Made by a program: the position numbers and the translations under genes
Assembly (NCBI RefSeq): GCF_004010195.1
Contig: NC_057753.1
Location: 12,514,415 to 12,578,414, forward strand
Origin: Chiloscyllium plagiosum
Taxonomy: Eukaryota
Direction of reading: 5' to 3'
Length of the DNA stretch: 64,000 bases
Part shown: positions 13,136-25,828 of the stretch, piece by piece
Layout of the letters: the number at the start of each line of letters is the position of its first letter
Position numbering within the stretch: position 1 is the stretch's first letter
The notes under the pieces: generated by a model
The model's database searches: none
Seen by the model: the letters and a program-made list of their open reading frames with translations, nothing else
Told to the model about the DNA's origin: nothing

Positions 13136-15420
13136 ATCCGCCACGCTCTTCGCCTTGTTGAATACCGATGCAAAGTACTCATTAAGAATCTCGCCCATTT
13201 TCTCCGACTCCACTCATATATTTCCTTCTTTGTTCTTGACTGGGCCAACCCTTTTCCAAGTTAACCTCTTTCTCCTCCTACATGAATAAGAGGCTTTAAG
13301 GTTATTCTTAATCCTTCCCTCTAAGCATATCTGACAACCTCTTTTTGCCCTCTTCACTCCTCGTTTCAGATTGATCCTACATTCCCAATATTCGTCCAAA
13401 GTGTTGTCTACCTTCAGTCGCCTAGACTTATGTCCAGATCCATTTTCCTCTTGGCTAATCTCATAATTCCATTCGTTTTCAATGGTTCCCTAATCTTGCA
13501 AATTCTATCCCCTATTTCCACAGGAACATATCTCTCCTGAACTCTAATCATCCTCTCTTTAATAGAGTCCCACATATCGAATGTGGATTTCACTTCAACA
13601 TCTGCTTCCAATGAACATTCTCCGGCTCCTTTCGAATTTTGTTATAGGTGGCCTTCCCACAGTTTGCCGATCTTCCTTCAGGGCCACTCTCGTATTTGTC
13701 CATGAGTATTCAAAAACTTATGAATTTGTGATCACTGTTCCCAAAGTAATCCCCCACGGAAACGTCAACTACCTGACTGGGCTCATTTCCTTACACCAGG
13801 TGAATTTCAGACCTTTCCCGAGTTAGATTACTTACATACTGCTCTCCAAAACACTCTGAATGCTCCTTGGAAATTCTGCTCGATCCAGAGATCCAACACT
13901 AAGTCAATCCCAGTCAATGCTGTGCAAATTAAAATCTCCTATCATCACCATCCTCTTGCTCCAAACTTTTTTGATGATCTCTCTCTATATGTGTATCTCA
14001 ATCTCACGCTCGCTGTTGTGAGGTCTGTAGTGGAATTCCAAAATGGTTACTGCACCCTTCCTATTTCTGAGCTCTGCTCATAATGCCTCACTGCTCGATT
14101 CTTCCATAGTGCTCGCCCTCAGCACAGCTCTGATAACTTTCTTGACCAGTAATGAAACTCCCAAACCACTTTTGCCTCCTTCTCTATCCGTCCTGCAGCA
14201 TCGATATCCTGGGATATTTAGTGGCCAGTCATGCCCTTGCCTCAACCAAGTCTCAGTAATAGCAAAAAACATCATGCTCCCATTACTAATCGGAGCTCTA
14301 AGTTCATCTGGCTTACCCACTGTACTTGTTTCATTAAAACAAGTATACCTCAGACCACCAGTTCCTCTACATTCATTCTCCCTTCTGCCTACTCTTCCCA
14401 AAAGTAACGCTGACTTCATTATCTAGTTCCTTACTGGCCATAGTTACTACCCCTTCCAGTCAATTAACCTCCACGTTTGGTTCCCAACCTCCGCCGCATT
14501 CGTTTCAACACTCCCCCTCAGCATAAGCAAAAAGCACTCCAAGGAAATTGACTCCAGTCTGGCCAGGTGTAGGGCATCCAACTTGTAATAGTCCCACCGT
14601 CCCCAGAAGCAGCCCCAATGTACAAAAGAAGTGAACCCCTCCCTCCTGCACCATCTCTCCAGCCATGCATTCATCCTGAATATTCTATCATTCCTACTCT
14701 GACTAACACAAGGCACTGTTCACAATTCTGAGATCATTGCCTCTGAGCTCCTTTTTTTTATAACTTCGTTCTGAACTTCCGAAATTCTTTGTGTAGGACC
14801 TAATTCTGCTTTTTACCTATATCATTAGTGCATACATGCAGCACGACAACTAGCTGTTCATCCTCCCTTGAGAACTATCTGCAGTAGATCCGAGACATCC
14901 CTGACTTGTGCACCTCATGGGAAACATACAATCGAGGAGTCCCGTCTACGACCACAGAAACGCCTATCTATTCCCTTTGCAATTCAATCCCCTTTGACTA
15001 CAGCCCTTCCAATCTTTTTCCCGCTCTTATGAACAGCAGAGCCAACCACAGTGAAAGGAATTTGGCTATTGCTGCATTCTCCTGGGGAGCCATCTCCACC
15101 AACATTATCAAAAGCCGTATACTTGTTTTGGCCGGAGTTGACCGCAGGGTACACCTTTACTACCTTCCTGCTCTTTCTCTGTCTTTTGGTCACCCATTCC
15201 CCTCCTCCCTCAGCAATCCCAAACCGTGGTATGACCAATTCACTAAACGTCCTATCCACGACCCTCTCAACATCACGTATGCTCCAAAGTGATTCCATCC
15301 TCAGCTCCAGAGCCATCATGCGGTCTGACACGAGCTGCAATTTGGCACACCTCTTGCGTGTGAAGGAGCCAGAGACATCAGCTGTGTCCATGAACTCCCA
15401 CATTGAGCAAGCGAATCACA
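13136..15420 (-). mobile_element. CR1 LINE 5' half (ORF1 esterase, APE endonuclease), continuation of 10278-11740
   Basis: ORF1 remnants (LELRMESLWSIRD, WCRREGF) and endonuclease remnants (AITETWL, IPGYRCCRTDR). Confidence 0.88.
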
Positions 15421-15735
15421 ACACGATTGTTTCTTAACTCACTTATGTTTTAGAATAACCATGTTGTTTTCAGTTCTTCCATATGTAAATCCCAGAACTT
15501 TGTTTTGAAGTGACATTCTCAACACAACTTTAACAATAGGTGCCATTTCATCACAGATAATGTATCGAAGGTGTGAGGTGCGCTGTGTGAGGCTGTCTGT
15601 GTCCCAATGGTCAAACTGATTCTATTTCTAAAAAAAGTTTAGTTTTTGAGCAAGATCAAATATGATTCCGCAATTACAACTTCAACCTACAAACTTATGT
15701 GTATGCCTCCTTCTCTCTGTGCATCTGTGCATGAG

Positions 15736-16496
15736 GGTAACTGGAATTCATTATCTAAAAGGTGCTCGAAGTGCACCACAATCTCCTTCCCCACTGCTCT
15801 CAAGCATTGACGAACAATTTAGATGGACAATCGAAATACAATAGTATACAAGACTACGGACCTCCTGCCGAAAAATTGAATGATAATACATGGAGTTTTG
15901 TTGAATGAAGCAGGCAAAACATACACGAAGGACAGGATAACATTTCCTTTCACTGCCCGTTGCACCAGGATGCAAAAAATCCTGAGTCTACAAAGTCTGA
16001 TGCACTCAACATGCCTTACGATTACACTAATGCAGTAAAACGTACTAAATTACAAATAATTTCAGCATAGACTTGTGAGAGTGGTTGTTTGTAGGTTACT
16101 ACGAGATGTACAAATATTCTTCAAGTCTAGGAATCCACACGCAACCAGACACACAAGTCCATGATCAAATTATTTGTAATTTAGTACGTTTCACTGCATT
16201 TCTGGCATCGTACTGCAAGTTGGAGTATATTAGAGTTTGTAGATTCAGATTTTTTGCATGCTGATGCAATGGGCAGTGAAAGGAAATGTCATCTTGTCCT
16301 TCGTGTTTGTTTTGCCTGCTTTATTCATCAAAACTCCATGTATTCTCATTCAATCTTTCAGCACGAGGTCCGTAGTCTTGTATACTATTGTATTTCGATT
16401 GTCCATATAAATTGCTCGTCAATGCTTGAGAGAAGAGGGAAAGGAGATCGCGGTCCACTTCGAGCAAAGTTTAGTTAACGAATTTCAGTTAACCAC
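15736..16496. repeat. ~760-bp imperfect palindrome (long inverted repeat with almost no spacer)
   Basis: ORFs 15751-15975(-) and 16254-16478(+) translate to near-identical peptides; complementarity can be followed from GGGTAACTGGAATTC / GAATTTCAGTTAACC inward to about 16100-16125. Confidence 0.9.
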
Positions 16497-16519
16497 AAGT
16501 CCAGGGAAATGTAAAATAA

Positions 16520-17010
16520 TCAAGTCACCTCTGAACCTCCGACTCCGTATTTTAAAGCATGGCCAGTGGATATTGTCCCCTCTCCTAAAGTGGAACGCTT
16601 CGTGATCTACCTGCCTATGCATTTCCCTCAAAACTTTGTTCACCTCAACCAGGTCCCACATTAGCCTTCTCTACTACAAGTAATAGAACCCAATTCTCTC
16701 TCGTCTCTCTTCAGAACAGAAACACTCAAATTCAGTCAAGGTTCTACTGACTACCTTTGCACCCTCTCAAGTGTAATTCAATCTTACTTGAAACCAGAAT
16801 TGCAGACATTACACCACTTAATTAACTGACATCATGTGCAGCACCATTAATTAACTGACATCATGTGCAGCACCATCATAACCCCTTTCTATTGTCTTAA
16901 ATGCCTTGGCTAATAAATTCAAATACCCCAAAAGCCTTTTGAGTCACCTTCCCCGACCTGTCCTGCATCCTTCAATGATATATAGACATAGACACCAAGG
17001 TCCCTCTGAT
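16520..17010 (-). mobile_element. Degraded CR1 fragment containing a 29-bp tandem duplication
   Basis: CR1-like 3' sequence; TTAATTAACTGACATCATGTGCAGCACCA occurs twice at 16818-16875. Confidence 0.5.
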
Positions 17011-17368
17011 TCGTTTATTTCTGACAGACAGGAAAGGAACTATGTAATTAAAACGAAGGTTGGGAAGAATGGTGAGAGAGAGGGAAGCGGGTAAGATGTA
17101 ATGAATATTTAGATGTTGACTCGGAACGCTGCAATGTTAAAATTGTGACATTAGGCCACGAACCAAATTATTTCGCATCTGATTACAAAAAGAAACAATA
17201 GCGCTTCTGCTAATTTGGCATTCCTTCTGAATGAAATTAGGAAACAATCAGAGCTGGAAAAAAAGTATTGCTCTTCTCAAGGGAAGGATATAAAACTTCC
17301 TACTTCAAGTATGAGGGAGACACAACAAATAGTCTGTGAAAAGAGAAATAGCATGTGCAGATTTTGTT

Positions 17369-18270
17369 TCAACATTTAAAGTGACCGATGATTGAAGCGA
17401 AGGGACACATTAAAATCTTTTTGATCTCTTCTCGGAATGTGGTCTGGGATAGTGCATAAATGAAGACGTTATTGCAGGAACTGAATAACGTGAGCATAAT
17501 GGCCACCTCTTGAAGAATGTACTGTGGGTCACTGAAATTCAGGCCCGTGAAGTAACCTGCACCTGAAACACGCACATAAAGGAAACGTCCGACGTAGGTA
17601 GCCCACAGAAGTAGGAAACTGAGAGAAATGGCGAAAAGCAGGAATATGGACCTCCTGCGGTTGGTCATCTCCTGATCTCGCTGAGTGTCAGCACCACGGA
17701 GCCTCTTGCGGGCTCTGCTGGAAGCTAAGATGTGTCGTATGGTAATGGCGTTGAGCAACAGAATAAGGAAGAACGGGAGAAAGGGGGTTAAGATCTGTTC
17801 TAACATGTCATATACTTGCCAGAGTGGCGCGGTATAATAGCTGGACTTTATGTCACAGAACCAGGACACCCCGTCCAGGACGTACAGGGGTTGGGAGTAA
17901 AAATAAAAAGGGATATTCTTGAGACTGCACAGGGCACAGACAATTCCTATGACCAGCAATGCAGTCTTCTCAGTGCAGTATCTGATCTTCAGGCTCTGGC
18001 AACTGATGGCGATGGAACGGTCGATGGTGAAGGCAACTGTCAACCAGACAGACGCATCTCGAACAGCAAAGATGATCGTGATAATCAACCTGCAGGCGGG
18101 CGTCGTGGAAAGGGCACTGTACCGAAAGTAGATGCCGCTGATTCTGTTGATAATGACTGCAAAAATTATCACGACGAAGTCAGTCAGCGCTATTGCAAGC
18201 AGGTAGTAGGTGATGCACCTAGACAGTCCACATCGTCCTCTTGATAGGATTATTATCGACACCATGTTTG
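17369..18270 (-). CDS. GPR139/GPR142-like class A GPCR, paralogue 1, exon 2 (spliced product 323 aa)
   Basis: Polypyrimidine-CAG acceptor at 18273-18271; open frame ANMVSIIILSRGRCGLS...AFTIDRSIAI...WFC...SSCNNVFIY to TGA; hydrophobic TM pattern. Confidence 0.92.
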
Positions 18271-18359
18271 CTGACAACGACAAAAAAAAAACTGTGATAA
18301 AAAGTTGGTATGTTGGGCTCAAACTGCAGCTACCGATTTATCTGGGTATCTCTAACTTC

Positions 18360-18495
18360 GTGGAGAAAGTGAGGTCTGCAGATGCTGGAGATCAAAGTTG
18401 AAACTTTATTGCTGGAACAGCACAGCAGGTCAGGCAGCATCCAGGGAACAGGAGATTCGACGTTTCGGGCACAGGCCCTTCTTCAGGAATGAGCA
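18360..18495 (-). mobile_element. Penelope-like terminal-repeat fragment
   Basis: Same repeat as the end of the Penelope element at ~41800-41920, also at 39435-39685 and 63085-63210. Confidence 0.75.
18454..18490 (-). ncRNA. Minimal hammerhead ribozyme motif
   Basis: ATTC-CTGAAGA-A-GGGC-CTGT-GCCC-GAAA-CG-TC-GAAT: core boxes, stem II, palindromic ACGT stem III and 4-bp stem I. Confidence 0.6.
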
Positions 18496-19109
18496 GAGAG
18501 TGCATTACTTATGGAAGTAACAAGATGGCAAATCATTGTGTTACCCCAGATCTTAATGCCTCCTTCAGTAGCGGTTTCGGCTTTAGCTCACAACTGCAAT
18601 TCTCTTCCTCAGTGGTGCTGACTCTGTCCCTCCTATGTTAGGGCATTCCTTATAGTATAAATCATCAATCAAAGTTTGGGCAATTAGCTCTTTATGTCGT
18701 TCCATATTAAATTTGCTTGTTAAAGCTGCTGTAAGACTTCAGAGTGTGTAAACTAGAGATGTTAAATGACTGTTAAAGTTTTCAGTTATGGCACATCCTG
18801 ATATTACAGAAACCCTATCACCAGAACACAGAACTAAAAGATCTTAATTATTAACTCGCCATTAAAACAAAATCCACGTTGGGACTGCTCGAAGGGAACT
18901 CGCTACACAGTCATCCCTGCACTCTCCCGAATGTTGCACTGCAAACTGTATAATCAACAAAAGTGTTTCTATATTTCAATGCATCTAACAGAATGATTGG
19001 TTGCAAAGGTTTACCCTCTGATACTGTTCTGATATTGTTGCATAAGGGCACTTTTATACCACATGGTGAAAACACTAGAATTTCCATTTTGCAAAGATAA
19101 AATAAAACT

Positions 19110-20065
19110 TAGACATTAATAGAATAAAGAACAGAAAGCAACTTCACAGGAACAGGGCCTTCGGCCCTCTTAGCCATTGCCAATCCAGACTTGCTGCATA
19201 TTTTCTATGGGTCTGTATCCCTTCGTTCCCGGCTTATTCTTGTATCTGGCTGGATACATCATAAATAACGCTATCATGCCCGCCTCTACCACCTCCGCTG
19301 GAAACACGTTCCAGGCACCCACTACACTCTGCACAAAGAAGTTTCCAAGCACATCTCCACTAAACTTTTCTCCTCTCACTTTGAACTCGTAACTCATAGT
19401 AATTGAGACCCCCACTTTGGGGGAAAAAAGGTTCTTGTTATCCTTCCTAGCTATACCTTATGATTTTTTCGACCTCAATCACAGTCCTGCTCAACATCCG
19501 CCTTTCTAATTAAAATAATTCAAATCTACTCAACCTCTCTTCATAATTAGCGTCCTCCATTTCTGGCAACATCCTAGTTAACCTCCTCTGCACTCTGTCC
19601 ATAGCATATAAATTATTTTGGTAATGTAGTGACCAGAAGTGCGCAATATTCCAAATGTGCCAGAAACAAAGCCATATACAAGAGTAACATGACCTGCCAG
19701 CTCTTTCACTCAGTTTCCGGTCTGATGAAGGAAAGCATACCGTAAGGCTTCTTGACCAATCTATTGACTTGCGTTGCCACGTTCGGGAACACTGGTCCTG
19801 AGCACCCAGGTTTCTCTGTACATCAACTTTCCACAGCACGCTTCCTTTTTCTGTTAGTTCGATCTTGAATTGGATCTTCCAAAATGCATCACTGCACACT
19901 TGTCCAGACTGAACTCCATCTACCATTTATCTGCCCTACTTGGCAATCTGACCATATTCTGCTGTATTCTATGACAGTCCACTTTAATATTGACTATCCC
20001 ACCAATGTTCGTGTCTTCTGCAAACTTCCTATTCAGACCACCTATACCTTCCTCCAAATCATTAA
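19110..20065 (-). mobile_element. CR1 LINE 3' portion inside the GPCR paralogue 1 intron
   Basis: RVQRRLTRMLPEMEDANYEERLSR; FKVRGEKFSGDVLGNFFVQSVVGAWN. Confidence 0.88.
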
Positions 20066-20343
20066 CAGATCACGCAATGCCACAGAAAGCTGTATCTGTC
20101 AGAAATTTAAATAATAGAATTCCATAACTGTCATCTCTTATCACACTATACCACAAATATAAGCTAAGGACTTTAATGATTTTAAGAGCATTGCAATACC
20201 ACATCATCCTGACATGTATGTCTCATTCTGTTTAAGTCCTTTGCACTGAGAAAACACTGAATGTTAAATAAATTCAGTTGTACACCAAAACGGACGGAAT
20301 TGTTTTCTCTTAATGAATAACTCTAATGTGAATGATTACATAC

Positions 20344-20413
20344 CAGGGACACCAACAATAGCAATAATTGGATAACAGATTGAAAAGAAGAAGCCGTTGG
20401 GTGGCCCGTGCAT
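20344..20413 (-). CDS. GPR139-like paralogue 1, coding exon 1
   Basis: ATG 20413, MHGPPNGFFFSICYPIIAIVGVP + G|GTATGT; 70 nt, phase 1, joins exon 2 in frame; homologous to exon 1 of the other two paralogues. Confidence 0.9.
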
Positions 20414-20484
20414 CTTGTTTAACAAAATAAAGCAAAAATTATATTTTAGCACACTATTTCTTCCAGAAGTTTGAGTCAACCGTC

Positions 20485-20521
20485 ATTTATACCTTGTGAG
20501 AATCTCCAGAGAAATAATTAA
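20485..20521 (-). promoter_or_regulatory. Conserved promoter block: homeodomain + O/E(EBF)-like site and TATA box
   Basis: TTAATTATTTCTCTGGAGATT (20521-20501) then TATAAAT (20491-20485); same block and spacing upstream of all three GPCRs. Confidence 0.7.
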
Positions 20522-21309
20522 GTTCTGACATGCGCCTTACTTACACTTCAGTGAACGAACAGATTATCTCAGCTGTTTTGCATCATCAACGTGAATGATT
20601 CTCTTATATTTGGAGGTGAACAGCTGGCTGCCTTCCCCGTTTTCACAAAATATGCCTTGGCGACTCCATCAAGTACAATCGAAGGTAGTAGATACTGAGC
20701 TCATGTCCTTTGATGTAAAATAAAATGACCCTCTCTGCCCAATTATTTTGTGCTCTTCGGAGTCAGATTATTGTATGTATTTTGTTCATTGGGAAGGAGT
20801 TTAGCTGAGATTGCTTTCATGTTATGCAAGTGTTTGAACAGAACATCCCCAGCAAGAGTTGCTGAAAAGTAATCTCCAGATACTAGAATTTCACGAGCAT
20901 GAATCTTTGAAAATTAATCTGCAGATACAGCAGGCAATGAGAAACACAAATTGAATTTTCGCATTTACTGCAAAAGGAATGGAATATAAAAGTGCTAAAG
21001 TGTTGCTACAACTATACGAAAGCCTTCTTGAGACGTCAGCTGGGGTAATTCGTAAAATTGTTATCTCTTTAAGTGAAAAGTTATGGCATATTGGAGGCAG
21101 TTCTGCGGAGATTCACTGGATTGATTCCAGACATTCTAGTTGATATTATGGAAAGGGAAGTCTTCTGAAGTTTAAATATAATGAAAGGTAACTCCACATG
21201 CGTGGAAGTTTACAGTTCCAAATTCCAGTCCACAAACACTATAGCAAATTCCAGTCCACAAACACTTCAATTAAGAAGGTCAACGGGATCAGATATATTG
21301 GAATTTACG

Positions 21310-21660
21310 GACAGGCGATGACTTAGTGATATTACCATTAAACTGTTAATTCAGAGATCCAGGCAATTTTCATTGGACCAAGGTCCGAATCCCATTGCGA
21401 CAGTTGTTATAAGTTGAATTCAATTAAAAAAATCTGGAATTAGGAGAATAATGATGACTATGAACACATTGTTGGTTGTCAGAAGAAAAACCTGCTGCAC
21501 AAATGCCCCTTACAGAAGGAACGACCATTCTTACCTGGGCTGTCCAAATGTGATTCCAGAACTAAAGCAATGTGCTTGACTCTTTGCTACTCCTCTGAGC
21601 AATTAGTGATGAGCATTAAGTGCTAGTCTAGCCATAGATTCTCACATTCTGTGAATTAAT
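21310..21660 (+). mobile_element. Old SINE (Deu/SacSINE-like)
   Basis: Decayed tRNA-like head with B-box-like GGTCCGAATCCC; body similar to 1045-1285. Confidence 0.45.
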
Positions 21661-21674
21661 ATCAGTATCAATAT

Positions 21675-21675
21675 C

Positions 21676-21735
<60 letters not shown>

Positions 21736-21738
21736 TAT
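21675..21738 (+). repeat. (AAT)n microsatellite
   Basis: Seen directly. Confidence 0.97.
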
Positions 21739-22029
21739 AACGATGCAAAAACACGAACACCTGGAAGTTCCCTTCCTAGCTCTGCCCTGACTTGGAAGAA
21801 CATTGTCGTTCCCTCAGCGTCGCTCGATTAAAGTCCTGCAGTTCAAGTCTTAGGAGCTTTGTGGGTCTGCCAGTCACTGAGGGACTGCGGCAGTTCAAGA
21901 ATGCAGCTGGATTCGATAAAACTACGTTCCTCCTCAAGGAATGGCGACAAAAATTATCGCAATCCTTCAGGAGTTGCCTCAGAAATGCATTGTACAATTC
22001 AATGCGGGCAACTCTTATGATCTAATGAA

Positions 22030-22700
22030 GAGTAAATTGAATTCAATTCGAATCTTTATGAGGTGATGCACTTGGGAGGACAAACAGGCAAAAGAATAAT
22101 GATATCCTGTGAAGGACAGAGCATCAGCACGAGCTTGGTGTGCATTTTCATGAGTTCAGTAAGGTAGAAGCACTGAGAGAAAAAGAGGTTTAGATAATAT
22201 TAGAATACGTACCTTTATAAACCAAGGCGTCTAGCATTGAAACTGCAGATAATATTGGTTATGCCGCACAAAAACCATTTGCATGCTTTTATTGAATGCA
22301 CATTATAGGAGGAGTGCGACTGCACTGGAGAAGGTGCAGAAGAGATTAATCAGGCTGTTGCTTTTGCCGGAGAGTTTCAGTTATGATGAGAGTTTGGATA
22401 GTCTGGTGCTGTTTTCTTTGGAGCAGAGAGCATTGAAAATAGTCCTGACTGAAATGACTAAAATGATGAGAGGCATCGATTGGGTAGAGAGGGAGGAACG
22501 TTTTCCCTTGGTATAGAATCAGTGGTTCTGGGCATATATTCAAGGTAAAGGGCAACAGGTTTATAGGATATGTGTGGGAAAGTATCGTCACCTAGACGGT
22601 GTTGAGCAACGTCGAGTTCACTGAGTCCAAGGGTAGAGGAGGCGGAAAACTCATAATAGCTAAGAAGTATTGAGATGTGCACTTTTTTGATACAAAGGCA
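22030..22700 (+). mobile_element. Degraded CR1 3' fragment
   Basis: ALEKVQKRLIRLL...LFSLEQRALK. Confidence 0.75.
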
Positions 22701-22914
22701 TCCAAGTGCTGGAATGTGTGCGCAGAATAGTAAGGTCATTAGTTTTGAGAGGCACAATGTTCAAGAGGAGAAAAAAGAAAAAAACATTATACAGAACATA
22801 TCAATATTGTTGCTGAGGGGTGTAGTATTCAATTGTGAAGATTACAACTTATTAACGAGGGCAATGACCTGAAAAGTTTGGACGGGTGATTGATTAGAAC
22901 AGACAGCACTGCAA

Positions 22915-23190
22915 TGAGGGTGGCACGGTGCTTCAGTGGTCGGCGCTGTAGCTTGACAGTACCAGGAGGCTGGGCACGATTCTTGTCTCCGGTGACCTTC
23001 TGTTAGGTGTTTGCGTGGGATTTCTCTCACAGTCCGAAAATGCGCAGGTCAGGTGAATTGGCAATGCTAAATTGCCCCTAGTGCATTGTGCATTAGTCAG
23101 TGTGCAATGGGTCTGGGTGGGGTTCTTTTTTTGGAACGGTTGTTGGGCCAAATGGCCTCTTTCCACCCAGTAGGGAATCTACTCTAACTC
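22915..23190 (+). mobile_element. HE1-like tRNA-derived SINE
   Basis: GGCACGGTG-CTTCAGTGGT A-box head; GTCAGGTGAATTGGC body; CR1-like tail. Confidence 0.8.
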
Positions 23191-25828
23191 AAGATTTCCC
23201 ATTTATGAGAGATGTGCTTTCAACATCTAAGCCCTGGTCCCACTCAATGCAAGTATTTTGCCCATCAATATGTCCGTTCCCTTTACCATTTGTCCACGGG
23301 AACTCCACGCCACTCAGTCATAATTTCAATTAAAATTACCCTTTTGCAAAAGCGGACAGTTCACAGGTGAACAGTCCCAACTGAAAAATTCAAACCTGCG
23401 ACATTCGAGTGCAAATCTCAACGTTTATAAATTTCTAATGAAAGATTTCTGATTCACTTGAAGCCGAGAGGACATTGATTTCCCGATTTGCGGTAACGAG
23501 AATCCTTTCAATGTCTCACATTTGTGAATGTACTGAGAACTTTAGTGTCAATGTCCTAGCCTTAAAGAAATCGAAACTGCGTAAAACGGCTGTGCTCATT
23601 CAGATAGTTTACCTTTTATACTCGTCTGATTCCGGTACCCAAAGAATTTCCAAAGAGTCACACAGCTCGGGGCTGTTTTTTTTATTTTTCTTTCTTTCAA
23701 ATTCCCAGAACTGTAATGATTTGACTGGTATGTTTTAAGTATTGAAAGTTGCATATTCTGCAATTATTCTAAAAAATGTTTTATTTAATCAGTACTATAA
23801 TACAGCCTCCCTTTAACTTGCTCCCCAATATTTTCCAAACACATTGTATCATTGAGTAGGAGCTGTTGAGTGCTGATCATTTCAAATCCACAACGGCGTT
23901 ATTTACTTGTTATATTCGCATGCAGCTATTTGTCCTTGTACATCAAACACATTCGCCAAAGTGCGTATTTACATGCCTTTTGAGACACAACATTCGAATT
24001 CTCCACCTTTGGATTTTCAGTTTGACCTGCGGTTGCATGTCCATAAACCTTTGCGACAGACTAAGTTGTTCATGCTGTACTGTTTGTAAAAAACGCAGCC
24101 CTCGGCTTTATTAACGTGTACACGACGTATTAAAGCAAGAAATTTATGCAGAATCTTTATCACTCCGTGGTCATCCATAAATTGAAATCCGGATGTTCCG
24201 TTCTGAATATCTGAACTGGGACAAGTTTTGAGAATTTGAAGATCGTCAAAAAAATCCTGGCACATTACCAGAGTTGAGGGTTTTCAATTCTGTTAAGAAA
24301 CTGGCGAAGCCAGTATCATTGTCTTCATAAACAGAACGGATTAATTAGTCATTTTACGGAGGTGTTGAAATGTTTGATGAACATTTCTTTGCACAGGAGA
24401 AACAATTTAGATAGTTGTATCTCTCCCTTCTCCACCCAGTAGAGGTATGAAATGACGTGGTTAACTGACCTGGTGAACGTCGGGCCACATGTACACTCCA
24501 AGACTTCAGATAATCTGCAACCTTCTAGGTATTTCAAAGATACAGAGTCCTGGCCAAAAGATAGCTCCAGCGGCAGCTTAGCCCCTCATTGACTCCCATG
24601 GATCAGATGTGCAGCCACTTGTTCAGACCTCCAAACTCATTGTATATTTCTGTAGCCCAAACCGGCCGTCAAACCTAGGTATCGAAAGGAAAGCTTGCCA
24701 CACAGCAATCTCAAACCAAGGGAAACAAGCATTACTTTTTCTGAATTTTTCCCCTACTATAGATGTCAGCAGTTGTAAATTTCGTTTAAAGGGTATTCAA
24801 ATGATTTTGTGCCCGGAAGTATGAATCAAGCATCACCTAAAAACTGGACAAAATGGCTCGTTTCGCCAAAACTTGTATAGTAATCAGATTTTGAATACAA
24901 ACGTCGAAACTTACATAGTGCCCACTTGCCATGTAAAATTTCTCCTTCGTGTTCTTTTTGAAATTCTTTATCAAAATCTTTAACCTGTGTCTGCACTTAT
25001 TTTGCTGTCAGCTAATTGGAAGGTTCTTTTTGTTTATCAACCTAACTTAAACTGAGTATAAACTGGTTCACCTCAATCTATTCGTACGTCAACCCATGTT
25101 CTATCTCACCACTTTGCTATTAGAATTCCTCATCAGTTAAACTATTCGCGTAAGTCTCCTCTGCATCCTCTCAAGGACCATCACATCCATCAGAACGTGT
25201 AGTGTTTACTGGTTTTCGTGCAATATAATCACGCACCAATGATTACACAGCGACTTCACCTGCTCCAGTATTTTCTCAAGCGAGAGCTGATCTACTGTCT
25301 GCAGGTTTCTGCATCTTCCCATTGGAAGTTCCTGCAGAACACTCTAAATTAAAAGCAGTGAAAACATTTCAGTGTTGGACTTTTTCAACATTTAGCTGCA
25401 ATTTCGAACTTTTAGTATGTGCTTGTTATCTGTGAGAAATTGCATAATCTGGGGCTGACGAGACACATTTACTCTGCGTCTGAATCAACGTCCATCCAAT
25501 TCTCGGTTTCACAGAAGTCCACATTCCTCTTCTCCCTGTTATTGTATAACATCCTCCATTCAAGTAAGCATTGCATTTTAGCTCTGTTGCCTGTGTTACA
25601 GTTACTTCTGGCAACCGTAACAAATTAAGTTCAAACCAAGGTCAATCGCTTGACCACGTACTGCTGACTTAACAATTTTAACACCTTTCAGAATGGTTAA
25701 TGGCAAGAAATTGTTTTCACTGCACCACTATTAAATTCTGCTCTGCATGTGCCGCATGCATTCAGTTCATAATTCATAACTTGGTTTTGTGATTTTTGAG
25801 TTTTCTGTCTCTCACCCTTTTCACAGGA

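Noticed and set aside
16818..16875. 29-bp direct repeat as a possible CRISPR-like or regulatory array
   Set aside because: Only two abutting copies with no spacer, inside a decayed CR1 in a vertebrate genome.
18271..18322. ORF-track N-termini of the GPCRs (18322, 32066, 53347 starts)
   Set aside because: The first two read through intronic polypyrimidine tracts and the third starts at an internal Leu codon. True starts are in the homologous 70-nt exons at 20413, 34380 and 54394.
22915..22990. tRNA-like sequences at SINE heads
   Set aside because: Pol III A/B boxes of HE1-like SINEs, not complete tRNA genes.
25426..25623. ORF with EVTVTQATELKC resembling an Ig strand
   Set aside because: No consistent downstream Ig motifs or splice context.
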